64,000 nt of DNA, taken from NCBI GenBank assembly GCA_964019335.1, contig OZ025734.1, positions 124,001 through 188,000 of the forward strand, in the 5' to 3' direction. Made by a program: the position numbers and the translations under genes. The DNA comes from Diplonema japonicum (lineage: Eukaryota > Protista > Euglenozoa: Diplonemea). Each line of letters begins with the position of its first letter. Within the stretch, counting starts at the first letter, position 1. Below are positions 10,281 to 22,070 of this stretch, one piece after another. The notes under the pieces were generated by a model. That model ran no database searches. It had not been told where the DNA came from and worked only from the letters and a program-made list of their open reading frames with translations.

Positions 10281-12334
10281 AATATTATATTGTTCTTGTT
10301 GGAAAAAAAAAATGAGTTAAATATGAGTTAAAGGAGCCCGGCGCCCTGCACGAGAACTCTTTAATGCGTGCGGTGTACAGCTCAACCCTAGCCGGGGCGT
10401 CTCAGGTAACCAAGATTCTGCGCTCGTGCACTACCGGTGATGACCGACGAGGAGGTCAACATCTGATGGAAAAAAAAAAAGAAAAAAAAAAACTAAAGAT
10501 TAAATAAAGAATTAAAAGAAGAAAACACAAGAATGAGATGGGAGGGAAGAAGCAATAAAAAAAAATAATAATAACAGTAAACAGTGCGTAGACAGAAGAA
10601 AAGTAAAGACCACTTTAAGAGGCTTTTTGTCTCACGCAAAAAAACAGTAAAGATATGTAGGGCGGGGGGGAAGGGGCAAAAAGGAATAATGTTACGTCCA
10701 ATCAGCTCGCAAAAAAACAAAGCGAAAAAAAAAAAAAAAAAAAAAAAGCAAACTCGAAATCGGCGTACTTCTGTTTACCTGCTGAACGCTTACCCCAGTT
10801 TTTCTTTTTTTTTTTTTTTTTTTTTTTAAAACCACAGTTACCGCATTTTTTTTAAACTCTTTGTTTTTTGAGAATAAAAAAGATACAAAAAAAAAGCGGC
10901 CCGAAAAAAAAAGGGGGGAGGGGGGAAATAAATAAGTAAAACAAACAATCGAACAGCATAACTTCCCAAAAAGAATATATATTTTTCACTATTTTCTTTT
11001 TTTCTTTTTCTTTGGCTCGGAGGGCATATTGAATATTTAAAAAAAAAAAAAAAAAGGTTTCCAAATATTTTCCGTTCTATATTAAGTACACATACAGGAA
11101 ACAGTGAAGCAAAAAAAAAAAAAAAAAAAAAAAAAAGAACAATTACAAACAGAGTAAAAAGTTTAAAAATTTCTTTTTTTTTTTCTTTTTTTCCCCAGCC
11201 CAAAAGAAATCACAGCAAACCGTAGGGAGTCCATGGCATGCCTGTGCTTTTAAAAAAAAATTGGGCTTTATACAAGAAAAGAAAGAAGAAGAAAAAAAAG
11301 ATGCGGGCTGTAGGGAGGGGGATCGTGGGTAAGTGCTAGAAAAAAAAAAAGAAAAAAAGAAAAAAAAAGAAAAAGAAAACAAAACCCACAAGTCAAAACT
11401 GTTTCGTGCTCGCAGGGGTGGGTGGGGAATTATGAAACCGACAATTTTTTTTTTTTTTTTTTTTGCTTTTTCTTTTTCTTTCATTCGCAACAACGCAAAC
11501 AATCCCACCCAAAAAAAAAGGAGGAAAATAACAAAAAAAAAAAAAAAAGAAGAAAAAAAAATAGAGGGAAAAAAAAAAAAAAAAAAGAAGAGCCCAGCAT
11601 AGTTTAACGGTTTCGCCTTTCTACATGGAGTGGGGAGATTATGAAATCACAAATAATACTCCCTTTCCCCCCCTTCTTTTTTCCCTTCTTTTTTCTTTCT
11701 TTTTTTTTTTTAAAGTCACTTAGCCAACCTCAAATCACAACATTAACAAAAAAAAAATTGGGTTGTTTGGTTGCAAGCTTTCCAAACGGGAATAAAAAAA
11801 AAAGAAAAGAAAAAAAAGAGGGAGAATAAGTAAGAGATAGGGCTAATGAAAAGAAGAAGGTAAGAAAAGGTTGCACCTTTCGATACTTTACGCTTTTTCC
11901 TTCTTTTCTTTTTCTCTTTTTTTTTTGCACCGCCCTAAGAACCTTTCTCCCCCTCCTTTTTTTCATCTCCCCCCCCCCCCCCCCCCCCCCCGTTTTGTTT
12001 CACTCAAACCATTTACTCTACCAAAAAAAAAAAAGGACATTTACAGATGCCACACCTCTCGATTCCTAGCATTTTCTTTTTTTTCTTTTATTTAAAAAAA
12101 AAAGGGAATCTCGAAGTTGTGGCAAAAGCACTACTTTTTTGGCAGTAAATAGCTATTCTTTATTGCCATACAGATGCGTTTTTTTGTTTTTTTCTTGTTT
12201 TCGTTCCTGTGTCACGCAAAGTTAAAACAAAAGGGTAAAGAGGGGGGGGGGGGGGGGGGGGGGGACTAGGTATAGAAATTAGATACCATATTTTTTTCTT
12301 GATTTTCTTTTTTTTTTCCTCCTTTCGTTATCAC

Positions 12335-12390
<56 letters not shown>

Positions 12391-12703
12391 CCTTAATCTT
12401 ATTCGTAGAGAAAAAAAAAAGGAAAAAAGAAAAACGGAAAAAAAAAAAAAAAGAGAAATAATAATAATAATAAAAAAAGTGTATTAACCCACCCAACTCC
12501 TACATCTGAGGGGAATCTTTTTTTTTTTTTTTTTTCTTCTTCTTTTTTCTCTCTCTTTTTTTTTCCCCCCTCCTTTTTTTCTTTTCCTGGATTCAGAATA
12601 CAAAAAAAAAAATAGGAAATCGAGTCGGTGAAATATAAAAATATCATACAAAAAAACTTTTTTTTTTTTTTTTTTTTTTGAGATTCACAAATTAAGGTGC
12701 CTC

Positions 12704-13618
12704 TCAAAGTCCCTTGAGGACTCTTTTCAACCTGCGACCCATTTTTTTAAGAATCGTTTCGTGTTTGGTCAAAGACACCCCCTTGTCCCCGGCAAGCCAG
12801 GGGTGGGACAACACCTCTTTCGTGGTGGGCCTTTGCGAAGGGTCAGAGCTGAACAAAGAGTACAACAACTGCCGAACCGACGGCGACAATCCTTGCGGAA
12901 ACTCAGGATACCTATGACAATTAGAACTGTGAAGCTCTTTTCGAGAAAAGGGCAACCTCCCTGTCAGCATTGTGTACAGCACAACCCCGGACGACCACAT
13001 GTCAATGGCGAAAAAATCCATGTCGCTCCCTGAAGCTGTCGTTACACCTTGTTTAAATTTAGAATAGCATTCGGGAGGCAAATATTCACCTGTTCCAGCA
13101 CCGACAGCAAGCTGTTCATCTCTAATGTGAGACCTCGCAAAACCAAAATCCGATAGTTTTGAAACCCCATTGTGGGAAATCAGAATGTTATCAGGCTTGA
13201 TGTCACGGTGAACAATTCCAGCAGCATGGCACGCGTGAAGACCTGAGATAAGCTCAAGGAACCTCGTCTTTGCCTTGCTCTCGGAGAATTGCTCGTTGCA
13301 GAGAATCTCATCCAGGAGCGTGGTCTTGCAGAGCTCCATGATAAGGTACCTGTTGTTGCTGGTTTGGACGTCATCTTGAATGCCCATTACGTGGGTGTGC
13401 TTCACGCTTTTCTGCGTTTTTACCTCGTTGAGGAGGTCCTCTGACATCCCGCCTTTCTCGTAGTCCGCCTTGCAGCAAACTTTAACGGCTACTCTGTCAC
13501 CCGTTGCGCTGTCCATGGCCACGTGTACCGTGCTGAAGGCACCGTTGCCTATCTGTTCACCGATTATGTACTTCCCCACCTTTTTTAAGCGTGGGCTGTC
13601 CTGATTGCATACACACAT
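12704..13618 (-). CDS. Ser/Thr protein kinase (CAMK/CIPK-like)
   Basis: GNGAFS, VAVK, HRDIKPDN, DFG, PPE and DMWSSG motifs are all present. Confidence 0.93.
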   Translation of the reverse strand: MCVCNQDSPRLKKVGKYIIGEQIGNGAFSTVHVAMDSATGDRVAVKVCCKADYEKGGMSEDLLNEVKTQKSVKHTHVMGIQDDVQTSNNRYLIMELCKTTLLDEILCNEQFSESKAKTRFLELISGLHACHAAGIVHRDIKPDNILISHNGVSKLSDFGFARSHIRDEQLAVGAGTGEYLPPECYSKFKQGVTTASGSDMDFFAIDMWSSGVVLYTMLTGRLPFSRKELHSSNCHRYPEFPQGLSPSVRQLLYSLFSSDPSQRPTTKEVLSHPWLAGDKGVSLTKHETILKKMGRRLKRVLKGL

Positions 13619-14465
13619 CTTTTTTTTTTTTTTTTTTTGTCTTTATCAAAAAGAAAACCCCCCCAACTTTTTTTTTTTTAAAAAAAAAAAAGGTAATTTT
13701 GGTTGTGGTAGTGAGAAAAATGAAAAAAAAAAGCACGTTTGAAGAATCAAATAAAAAATAAAAAAAGAGGGGGGGGTAAAGGGAAGGGGTGAGAAAAGAA
13801 GGGGAAAACCGAACTGTGAGAGAAGTTTTCTTTTCCTTTTTTTTTTTTTTTTTCTTTTTTAAAACTACAGTATTTATTTACTTCCAAGCTGCTTTTTCAA
13901 GGTCGCTTACGCGCAAGAGGCCCAGAAGACCGGGCTTTGTGGGACCTGAGGGGTGACGGTGTCCTTGCTAGACCCAAGCATGATCACCCCATGGAAGAGG
14001 ATTTTGGATAGAGACACCCTCTAAAGTTGGCCTCACCTCAGGTTCAAGATGGTGTAATAATTTCATTTTTCGAAAGCAGCTTAGTCAGTAAATAAAAAAT
14101 CAGATAGATTTTCACTTGTGGGGACGCTTCTTAAGAGACCCCACAAGTGAAATCAGGTAATCTGATTTTTTTTTTTCTTCTTCCCCACAAAATAAAAGTT
14201 ATTTTGTACGCAATATGGAACGAAAAATACTTGGATCGGAGTATAAAAATGTTTGGTAATTGGAACCTTTTTTCCGGGGGAAAAAAAATAGGGATTCTTA
14301 TCTTATATTTGTCCACCCTGCTGCAAAGAAACGGGCGGCACCACAGGTTAGAATCTCATTCCAATCTGTCGCGGGGCTACGGGGGGGAGGGGGCAAAAGC
14401 TAAAATACGAAATTAATTCTTGTGCCGAATACCGAATAAATAAATATGGAACAAAACGGCAAAGG

Positions 14466-14501
<36 letters not shown>

Positions 14502-14632
14502 TCGAGTTTTTTTTGAAACTTCTTTTTTTTTTCCTGTTCCATATCAGCACTTTTTTTTTTTTGTTCTTCTTTCCCCTCCCCCCCCCCCCCCCCCCCCCCT
14601 CGTACACTATCACACTTTTTTTTTTTTTTCCA

Positions 14633-15639
14633 TCACCACTCTTCCTCCTTTTGCTCCTCGACATGTGTTTCAGCAGGCGGTAACACAGCGGGTGCTTCCT
14701 CCGCCACTTCACCGCCGGAGTGGGGCTTACCGCGGTAGGTGTTGTTGCTCCTGGGCTTCCCGCCTTTCTTACGCCCGCCTTTCGAGCCTTTTCCTCCCTT
14801 TCGGTCACCGTCTGCGTCCTTGTCCTTGCCGGCACCTTTACCGCCTTTTTTCTTCTTGGAATCTAAATATTCTCTGACGTCCTGCCCGTCGGGGAGGAGA
14901 AGGCCGAGCTCCTCACGGAGTTCGGCGTTGATTTGTTCCAATTCTTCAATTTCGTGTGTGCGTTCTTCGATTTGTTCCGTCAGCCTGGGGATGTCTAGTT
15001 CCGCGTCGTGTTGCTTTTTCGCTAGAGTGTCGGCCTGCTTTTGGAGGATCCTTGTTTGTTTTTCTACAGAGTTGACATGTTGAGTGGCTTCCTTGAAGCT
15101 GTTTTCAGCTTCCTGGGCAGCAAGCGTTAGCGCGTCTTTCCCTGCCTCCATGGATGAGGTTTCTTTTCTCAGTTTTTCGTGCATGGCCGCTTGTTGGGCT
15201 TTTAGTTCGGCCGTCTCTTTCTTTAGTTTTGCTACCTGTTCGCTGCTCATTTTGATCTTCTCCTGGATCTTTTTTTTGTCCTTTGCGATTTTTCGCTTCC
15301 ATTCCTCGTGTTTCGTTTGCAGCATTTCCAGCTCTGTTTCAGCCTTCTCCCTCTCGGCCGATACTTTTTCGTACTTTTTCTGCCAGTCTTTCAGGTCTTT
15401 TTCTTGGTCCTTTTTTTTTTTTTGTTGTTGTTGTTTTGTGGGTTTTATACCTTTTTCGTCTTGGTTACGAAGGATACTTTCGCCGTCGGTTTCTTTGCCT
15501 CTGTTTTGTTGCTCGACTTGGAATTTCTTATGCTCACGTCCACGTCCTCCGCGGTCTTCCTGCCGTTCCAGTGGACCGCCACCGCCACACCTGCCCACAC
15601 CACGTTGCTGAGAAACAGGGCGCCTAGCTGGGCATCCAT
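14633..15639 (-). CDS. Coiled-coil protein with an N-terminal hydrophobic anchor, 2 exons (intron 15410-15450)
   Basis: Exon 1 (MDAQLGALFLSNVVWAGVAVAVHW...KTKK) joins DQEKDLKDW in phase via GTATAA...AAAG. Long heptad-rich segment follows. Confidence 0.75.
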
Positions 15640-15766
15640 TGTTCTTTTTTTCCCCCTCTAAATATTTTTATTTTTTTTTTTTTCCCGGCAGACGTATTTT
15701 TTTTCTAAAAAAAAAAAAAAAAGAATCTATACAAAAAAAAGATACACAATTAACCGAACTTCTTTT

Positions 15767-15932
15767 TTATTCGCTAAACAGAATATTGCTCAGATTCGAC
15801 TTCCATTGCGTCTCGCGTGCCTTCTCCCTGTCCTCCCAGTCCTTGCAGAGTGCAGACCATTCCGACTCCCTCTCAGCCGCCTCTGAGAGCTTTACGTCTG
15901 CAGCCTCTTGGACCCGACGGGCCTCCATGGTA

Positions 15933-15966
<34 letters not shown>

Positions 15967-16979
15967 CAAAAAAAAAACAATACCACTCTGTTCTCCCGTC
16001 GCAAGGACTGCACCTCATCGCTGCCCAGACGGGGTGTCGAAGGTGGCGATCCACGAAAACGTATTTTTCTAGGAGAGATGCTACCCAATCGATCTTGCGC
16101 CGGATCCGGGCTCCGGACCTGCCCCGTTGCACTACATGACTTCTGAAGTTGAGTGCAGTCGGCAGCTGCAGCATCAAGAACACCGACAAGGGAACGGGCC
16201 TCTGCGGTGAGCCGCTCTGTGATGGAATTCCATGTTTTGAGATCCTGCGTGAGCTCAAGGGATTCCTCTGATAAGGCAGCTTGATGTTTCGCTAGCGAAG
16301 CTGATTTTGCGGATATTTCTTTTCGTCGCATGCGGACCTGTCGGATCGCATCTTCTAGCTCCTTGATCCTCGCCACGCATCCTTCGTGGGATTTGTTCAA
16401 ATTCTCCAGTTCTGCCTGTCTAAGACTGCAATCCAAGCTTTTTCGCTCCAGTTTTTGTGTTGATTCAGATATTTTAAAAGTGGTCGTGTTGCACACACCA
16501 CGCAGAAGGGTGTGCTTGGCATCGAGGTTCTCCTTGTGGGTGTTCACCACTGCTAGGTCAGATGCTGTTTGCAGAGCTTGTTCGTCGGCTTGTTTCTTTC
16601 CCGCTGCCATGTCTTCAATTTGTTTTTTAAGCTTTTGTTTAGCTGTTTGGCTGTTGATATATAGCGTTTCGACCTTTTGCCTGTACTGTTCACCTGAAGT
16701 TTGTAATTGTTGGACCCGCCAGTGAAGCATTTTGTTCTCGTTTTCTAAGCCGCCGTCTCCTTCCGGTGGGGAGGAGAAGCTGTTAAACGTCACGGTGTTG
16801 GTAACGACGCCGCCTCGTGGGGGACTTGCCGACACGCTGCGTCTTTCCTTCACCTCGGTGCTGGGTTCCCTTCGGCCTCCCTTCGACGCCTTCGCCTTGC
16901 GTAGCGCAGCACCATTCCTCGTGCTGTTGATGGGGTGGCTTGGGTTCGTGTGGAGCACAGTCTGCCGTGACCCTCCCAT
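15767..16979 (-). CDS. Coiled-coil protein, 2 exons (intron 15935-15983)
   Basis: ORF 15966-16979 joins LTMEARRVQEAAD...FSE* in phase 0 via GTATTG...A-run-AG. Confidence 0.75.
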
Positions 16980-17175
16980 GTTGTTCCCCCCCCGCCCCCT
17001 GATATTTCTTTGTTATCCCCATAAAAAAAAAAAAAACAAAGAAAATAAGAAAACCTCCACACTCTGCCTAAAAAAGATGGGGGGGGAGGGGGGGGAGTAG
17101 ACGAGGGAATGGGGGAATACACATTTGTGAACTACTTTTGTTTTTCTTCTTTTTTTTTCTCTTTTTTTTTTTCTT

Positions 17176-17908
17176 TCAAATCGGCTCGAGGAGTTTCATC
17201 TTGTTGAGGAACTCACGTGTGTCGGGGCTGAAGCCGTCGGAATCTAAAAGGGGGTTAAAAAAAAAAAAACACACACACACCTTGCACATCATGCGCACTC
17301 CCCCTAGGTATTGGACCAATATCACCAAGGTTGAGCGAGGCCGTGACAGGGTAATTTTTGTGAGAGAAGACGCGGGGATTATGATGCGCAGTGGCACGAT
17401 GATGTTGCTGTTGTTGCTGCTGGTGTGTAAAGGCGACAGGATTATCCCCTGCGGATCCCAGGGAGTTCCCTGAGAGCCCCGAGATGTCCAACCCACTTGC
17501 CAGTGTTGTGTCGCTGAAGTCCAGCTTCCTCACTGTTTCCACCGGCTGCACAGGGGGCAGTTCTTCCCTAAGCCGGGTAACTTCTTCTTTTATGTGCAAT
17601 ATGTGCTCCTCTTTTTCCCTGCCGTTGGGAACTGGTAAGCTTTGTTCAGAAATGGGGTTATCGGTGCCTTTAACTGATAGTTTTTCAATTTTTTGGGTTA
17701 AGTCAGAGAGCTGGTCCTGAAAGAAAAAAAAGGTTTTTTTTTTGAGAAATTATTTAAAGGCAGTATACCAACACTCTTTTGTTGTGCTGTTCTTGCATCA
17801 TCACAAAGTGGTTTAGCTGTAGCTGAATCAACTGCTGCTGATTTGCCATAGAGACTAGTAATGCGTGTGCTGTGTTATTGGGGTCCTGTTCGGTGTAACT
17901 GCCAGGCT

Positions 17909-17945
<37 letters not shown>

Positions 17946-18060
17946 AAAAAAAGCAAACCTGCGGCATGTATGGAGGAACTTGTTGGTGCGGGCTGCTCCC
18001 CACACTCAAAGAAGAGCTTGGTGGTGGCGGTGGTACGTTCGTGGCATTTAGCTGCATCAT
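17176..18060 (-). CDS. Hypothetical P/Q-rich protein with a short coiled coil, 4 exons (introns 17907-17958, 17717-17768, 17244-17280)
   Basis: Three GT-AG introns join the fragments in phase from MMQLNATNVPPPP to DSDGFSPDTREFLNKMKLLEPI*. Confidence 0.7.
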
Positions 18061-18170
18061 CTGCTGGTCATTTTTTTTTTCTTTCTTTTTTTTTCTTCCT
18101 CTCCTCCTTTTTTTTTTTTTTTTTTGTTTCCAAGATATACCTCAAAAGAAACACAAGAAAAAAAGAAATT

Positions 18171-18181
18171 ACTGTGAAGTG

Positions 18182-18212
<31 letters not shown>

Positions 18213-18450
18213 TGGGGCTGACAAAAAAAAAAAAAAAAAGTCCGGATGAAAAAAACTTCCGGGGCTGACAAATTTCCAGATGCCCAAAAAAAAGTTTTCC
18301 TCCCAGTGGCCTTCAGTGGCCTTCAAAAAAAGAATACCCAGACAGAAAAATTGGTAGGTCCCCGAGACTAATTCCAAAAGACGCCGAAAAATTCGGGCAT
18401 TTGTAAGTCCAGCATTTTTTTTTTCTTTTTTTTTTTCTCATTTTCACAGT
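18171..18450. mobile_element. Degenerate MITE with CTGT(G/A)AA termini, related to the 50272 element and the pogo-like TIR
   Basis: actgtgaagtgaaaa ... tcattttcacagt. The internal agacgccgaaaattcgggcattt matches the reverse complement of about 50292-50318. Confidence 0.5.
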
Positions 18451-18581
18451 GTGCCGTGCTGTCAGCGAAATGGGGGAGGAGGTTCTTTTTTTCTTCTTTT
18501 TTTTTATTTCCTTCCCTCCCCCCTCTCGTTTCTTTGAAACACAGGCAACAAAATCTTTTTGTTATCACGATGGAAAATAAT

Positions 18582-18690
18582 AAAAAGAGTTGGTTGATTG
18601 TTGTTTGTGCACAGCCGGGGTTAACCTGTAGAAGGATAAGCCCAACAATGCCACCACTACTCTTTTTAGCAATAACAATTTATTATCAAT
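18582..18690. mobile_element. Short palindromic element, family P1, copy 3
   Basis: Core and ends are homologous to 10157-10280. Confidence 0.7.
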
Positions 18691-18789
18691 ATATTGTTTT
18701 GTGTGGTGTACAGTACGCGTTGCCAGGAACGAAAAGACTTTTGCGAAGGGGGAAGTTTTAAAATTTAAAAAAAGAAAAAAAAAAAAAAA

Positions 18790-18895
18790 AAAGAGTTCCG
18801 TGCCCGGGTTAGAAACCTGGAGAGGTTTATAACTCGTAAACACGTTGCCAACATTGCCCCCTTTTGTTCAGACAAGTCAAAGACTCGTTCTAGCA
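18790..18895. mobile_element. Short palindromic element, family P2 (also at 60523-60610 and 63680-63782)
   Basis: Hairpin cgtgcccgggttagaaacct/aggtttataactcgtaaacacg followed by agacaagtcaaa(g/a)actcgtt. The tail is shared by all three copies. Confidence 0.7.
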
Positions 18896-19106
18896 AAAAA
18901 AAAAAAAAAAAAAAAAAAAAACGGAAAGAAACTGCGTTAGACTCGAAAGATAAGAAATGTGGGGGGGGGAAAAAGAAGAAAAAAAAAAAAAAAACACTTG
19001 TCCCGTTCTGTTTTTTTTTTTCTTCAAATTTTTGAGCAACACACAATGTACTACGCCATCGTTCGGCTAGGAACAAAAAGATTTTTTTTTTTTTTACCCC
19101 ACATGG

Positions 19107-19154
<48 letters not shown>

Positions 19155-20226
19155 AGATGCTCTGATTGCTCGCGCGGGCAAGTAGTTTAAGGAGTGAATG
19201 CTATTTCACGAGCGAAACGAAACACAAGAACACAAGTGAAATCTGGCACCGATTCTTTTTTTAACTATAGATACTATATATCTTATTTAGCAGGGCCTGA
19301 TATTTCCTCTTGTACATTAGGCTTTCGGGTCACGAAACTTCTTAACGGTAACCTGCTAAAGCAACATGAAGAAGAAAAAAAAAAAAGAAAAAAAAAAGAA
19401 GGAAAGAAGGAGGGACGGTTGCTGTAATTGTTGAATTGTTTGAGCATAAACCAGCAATACAGAAGTAAGGATCAACCAAAAAAAAGGAAGCAAAGGGGGG
19501 GGGGTGAAAAAAGTACCTTCCTCTCTATTGGTGGCCGGTACCTCTAGAAAAGAGGGCCACTCACGGAAGAAAAGTAAATTCTCCTCAAGCTGGGGAAACA
19601 GAAGAAGAGACACGAAGAAATGGAAGAGGCAACAACAAAACGAAGAAAACAAAAAAAAAAAAAAAGGAAAATAAGAAAAAAAATAAGAGTCGGGTCTTTA
19701 GCATTTTTTTTTTTGTTTGTGTACACACATATCCTGAAAGTACTGCATGGGTACCACTAATCTTTCTTTTTTTTTTTTTTCTTACAAGAACTGAGCAGTA
19801 CTTGTTAAATACGGGGGGGAGGGGGAAAAATTGGAATGGCTCTTCTTTTTCTCTCTTTTTTTTTTTTTTCTTTTTTTTTCTTTTTGCAAAGTCGGGTAGG
19901 TTCTCAGAAGGGGGTAAAGTACTTTTGCAGAAAGTACAAAAACTGACCTTAAAAAGGGGAGGTACCTCGAACCCCCATATATGGGGTAGGTGGCGAAACC
20001 TAAAGTTACGCTTTATTGAAAATTAAGATTTTTTTTATTTTTTTATCTTTTCAAGAAAGATGGGGTCAAGTAAGTACCTTTACCGTTGTTTTGGTTTTTC
20101 GCTCGAGCAAATATGTGTGAGAGGCAGGAAAATGTAAAACCTTTAAAAAGCAGTGATTAACTATTTTTGCTCGGCACAAGGATGATAAGCTCTGGTCATT
20201 ATTATTTTTTTTTTTTTTTCCAACTT

Positions 20227-20259
<33 letters not shown>

Positions 20260-20471
20260 AGTCAAAACGCTTCATTTGTTTGTGTGCACCACGAGCGAGT
20301 ATTTCTACCTAATATTAGGATTACGCTGGCCAACATTTTTTTTTCTTTTTTTTCCCTCTCCCCCTTTCCATTTTCTTTTTTTTTTTTTTCGATCTTATCC
20401 CTGAGACAGGCGAGAGGGAGAAAGAAAGAAACGAGTGTCCCCCGAACAAAAAAAAAAAAAAAAAAAAAAAA

Positions 20472-21914
20472 TCACGAATCATAGAGAAGCCTAACCTCTT
20501 CCTCTGTTTCAGAAGGAAACTGTATGTTGTCCGGGGTTTCACGTCCTCCCGGGTACTTCCACACAAACCAAGCGTAGCCGCCCACTGACATCATGAACAC
20601 AACGACGAGTGCACCCTCCTCCACCCCAGACGAGATGTAAGGCGACAGTGTGAAGGAAAAAGCGGACGCCAAGCCCGACTGTAAGATAACGCTGGCAAAC
20701 GCCGGTGTTGGGTCTGTCGAGAAGTGATCAGCGAAGAGTGCTTTGTTCGTCCCTTCCCACACACCCCTGTACACTCCCGCACAGATGAACACCGCGGACA
20801 TAGCAGGCCAGGTTCCCAACGATGCCTCCACATCTCCCGTAAAATTCACGATGAAAAACACGAACACAACCACACCACCGCCCAAGTACCCAATCGCCAT
20901 GGTGTATGCTTTTGTCCCGGTTTTATTGTTTAACCATGATAACGGTGCTGCGATCCCTGCTGCGACCAGCGGTGCCATTGACGAAAAATACCCTATTTTA
21001 TCACCCCCAAGCGTGTTCTTAATTACAGTACCGGTCACGTAAGAGTTCAGAAAACCCGAGATCAGCCCGAAGAATACATTGTTGAATCCGAGTAGCGTGA
21101 CCGCAGGATCTGTTCTAAGAAGACGGATGGTGGCGGTTAGTGAACGGTGTTCATTATTTGCGTTCGGATCGTCCAGATCAGGGAGTAAAAGAAGCCCCAG
21201 TGATGACAGCAAAGACACACCTGAGAAAACAGCGTATGTTATAACCGTCGATTCATATTCAAGATGGGATGCTGAGCTGTCCGACGCCCCGCTCCCACAT
21301 TTTCCCATTAACACGTTCCCGTCCCAGTCGGACTCGCACACAACGACAAGCGAAACTGAGGATCCGATTTTCATGAGAAGCTCAAGGCTTAAATATGCCG
21401 TTGCAAAAATCGCGGAAAAAACAGAAGTGGTGTCCTCCAGAGAACGGTTCGATTCTTCGGAGTACAGCTTTGCTGAAGCAGTGAAATATCCGCCTTGAGC
21501 GGTCCATAGAAATCCCGAAGCAAGGCCGCCCATGCCTGCTCCTGTCAGGGAGACGATCCATGAGGTGGTTGTTCCTTTTCCAACGACAAGGCCGGTGAAG
21601 AGGCCTGCGACGAACATGCTGTCTAGAAGGCAGCCCCATAGTAGGGCTTGCTTGTAGCCTACCTTGGCTACAACGAGGGTGCCGCAGCACACGGCCGAGA
21701 GAGTGTACAGTGCGTAGAGGACCCCGAGGGCCCAGTCGCCTTGCGCGCCGAACTCGCTTGTTGCGAGGGGGATCATCGCCGACAGCGTGCCGTGGTTTAT
21801 CCCGAAACACACCGACATCCAAGTAAACCTCGCCAGCGTCCCCGTGAACCGCTTCCCGGTTTTCTTCCCATCGTTCCCATGCTTTTCGTAAACCCCTGTT
21901 TCTGAATCGGACAT
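20472..21914 (-). CDS. UNC-93-like MFS membrane protein
   Basis: 480 aa with about 11-12 hydrophobic segments. GLASGFLWTAQGGYF matches the UNC-93 G.g..llWtaqG.Y motif. Confidence 0.85.
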   Translation of the reverse strand: MSDSETGVYEKHGNDGKKTGKRFTGTLARFTWMSVCFGINHGTLSAMIPLATSEFGAQGDWALGVLYALYTLSAVCCGTLVVAKVGYKQALLWGCLLDSMFVAGLFTGLVVGKGTTTSWIVSLTGAGMGGLASGFLWTAQGGYFTASAKLYSEESNRSLEDTTSVFSAIFATAYLSLELLMKIGSSVSLVVVCESDWDGNVLMGKCGSGASDSSASHLEYESTVITYAVFSGVSLLSSLGLLLLPDLDDPNANNEHRSLTATIRLLRTDPAVTLLGFNNVFFGLISGFLNSYVTGTVIKNTLGGDKIGYFSSMAPLVAAGIAAPLSWLNNKTGTKAYTMAIGYLGGGVVVFVFFIVNFTGDVEASLGTWPAMSAVFICAGVYRGVWEGTNKALFADHFSTDPTPAFASVILQSGLASAFSFTLSPYISSGVEEGALVVVFMMSVGGYAWFVWKYPGGRETPDNIQFPSETEEEVRLLYDS

Positions 21915-22070
21915 ATATATTTTTTTTTTTTTTTTTTTTTTTTTATCGGTGTGCGTGCATTTAACTTACCCCCTCCCCCTTTTCCTTTTTTTTTTTTTTT
22001 TTTTGTTTTTTTTTTGTGGGGGAATGTTTTTTGACCAAAAAAAAAAAAAAAAAGGAATGGGGCGGGGCCT

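Noticed and set aside
8900-12700. Many poly-K/poly-F ORFs here and in 48-51 kb and 57-64 kb
   Set aside because: They are translations of A/T homopolymer tracts with no coding signature.
18790-18895. tRNA-like T-arm (GGTTTCTAACCC) on the minus strand of P2
   Set aside because: No cloverleaf or A-box. It is better explained as one arm of the element's hairpin.
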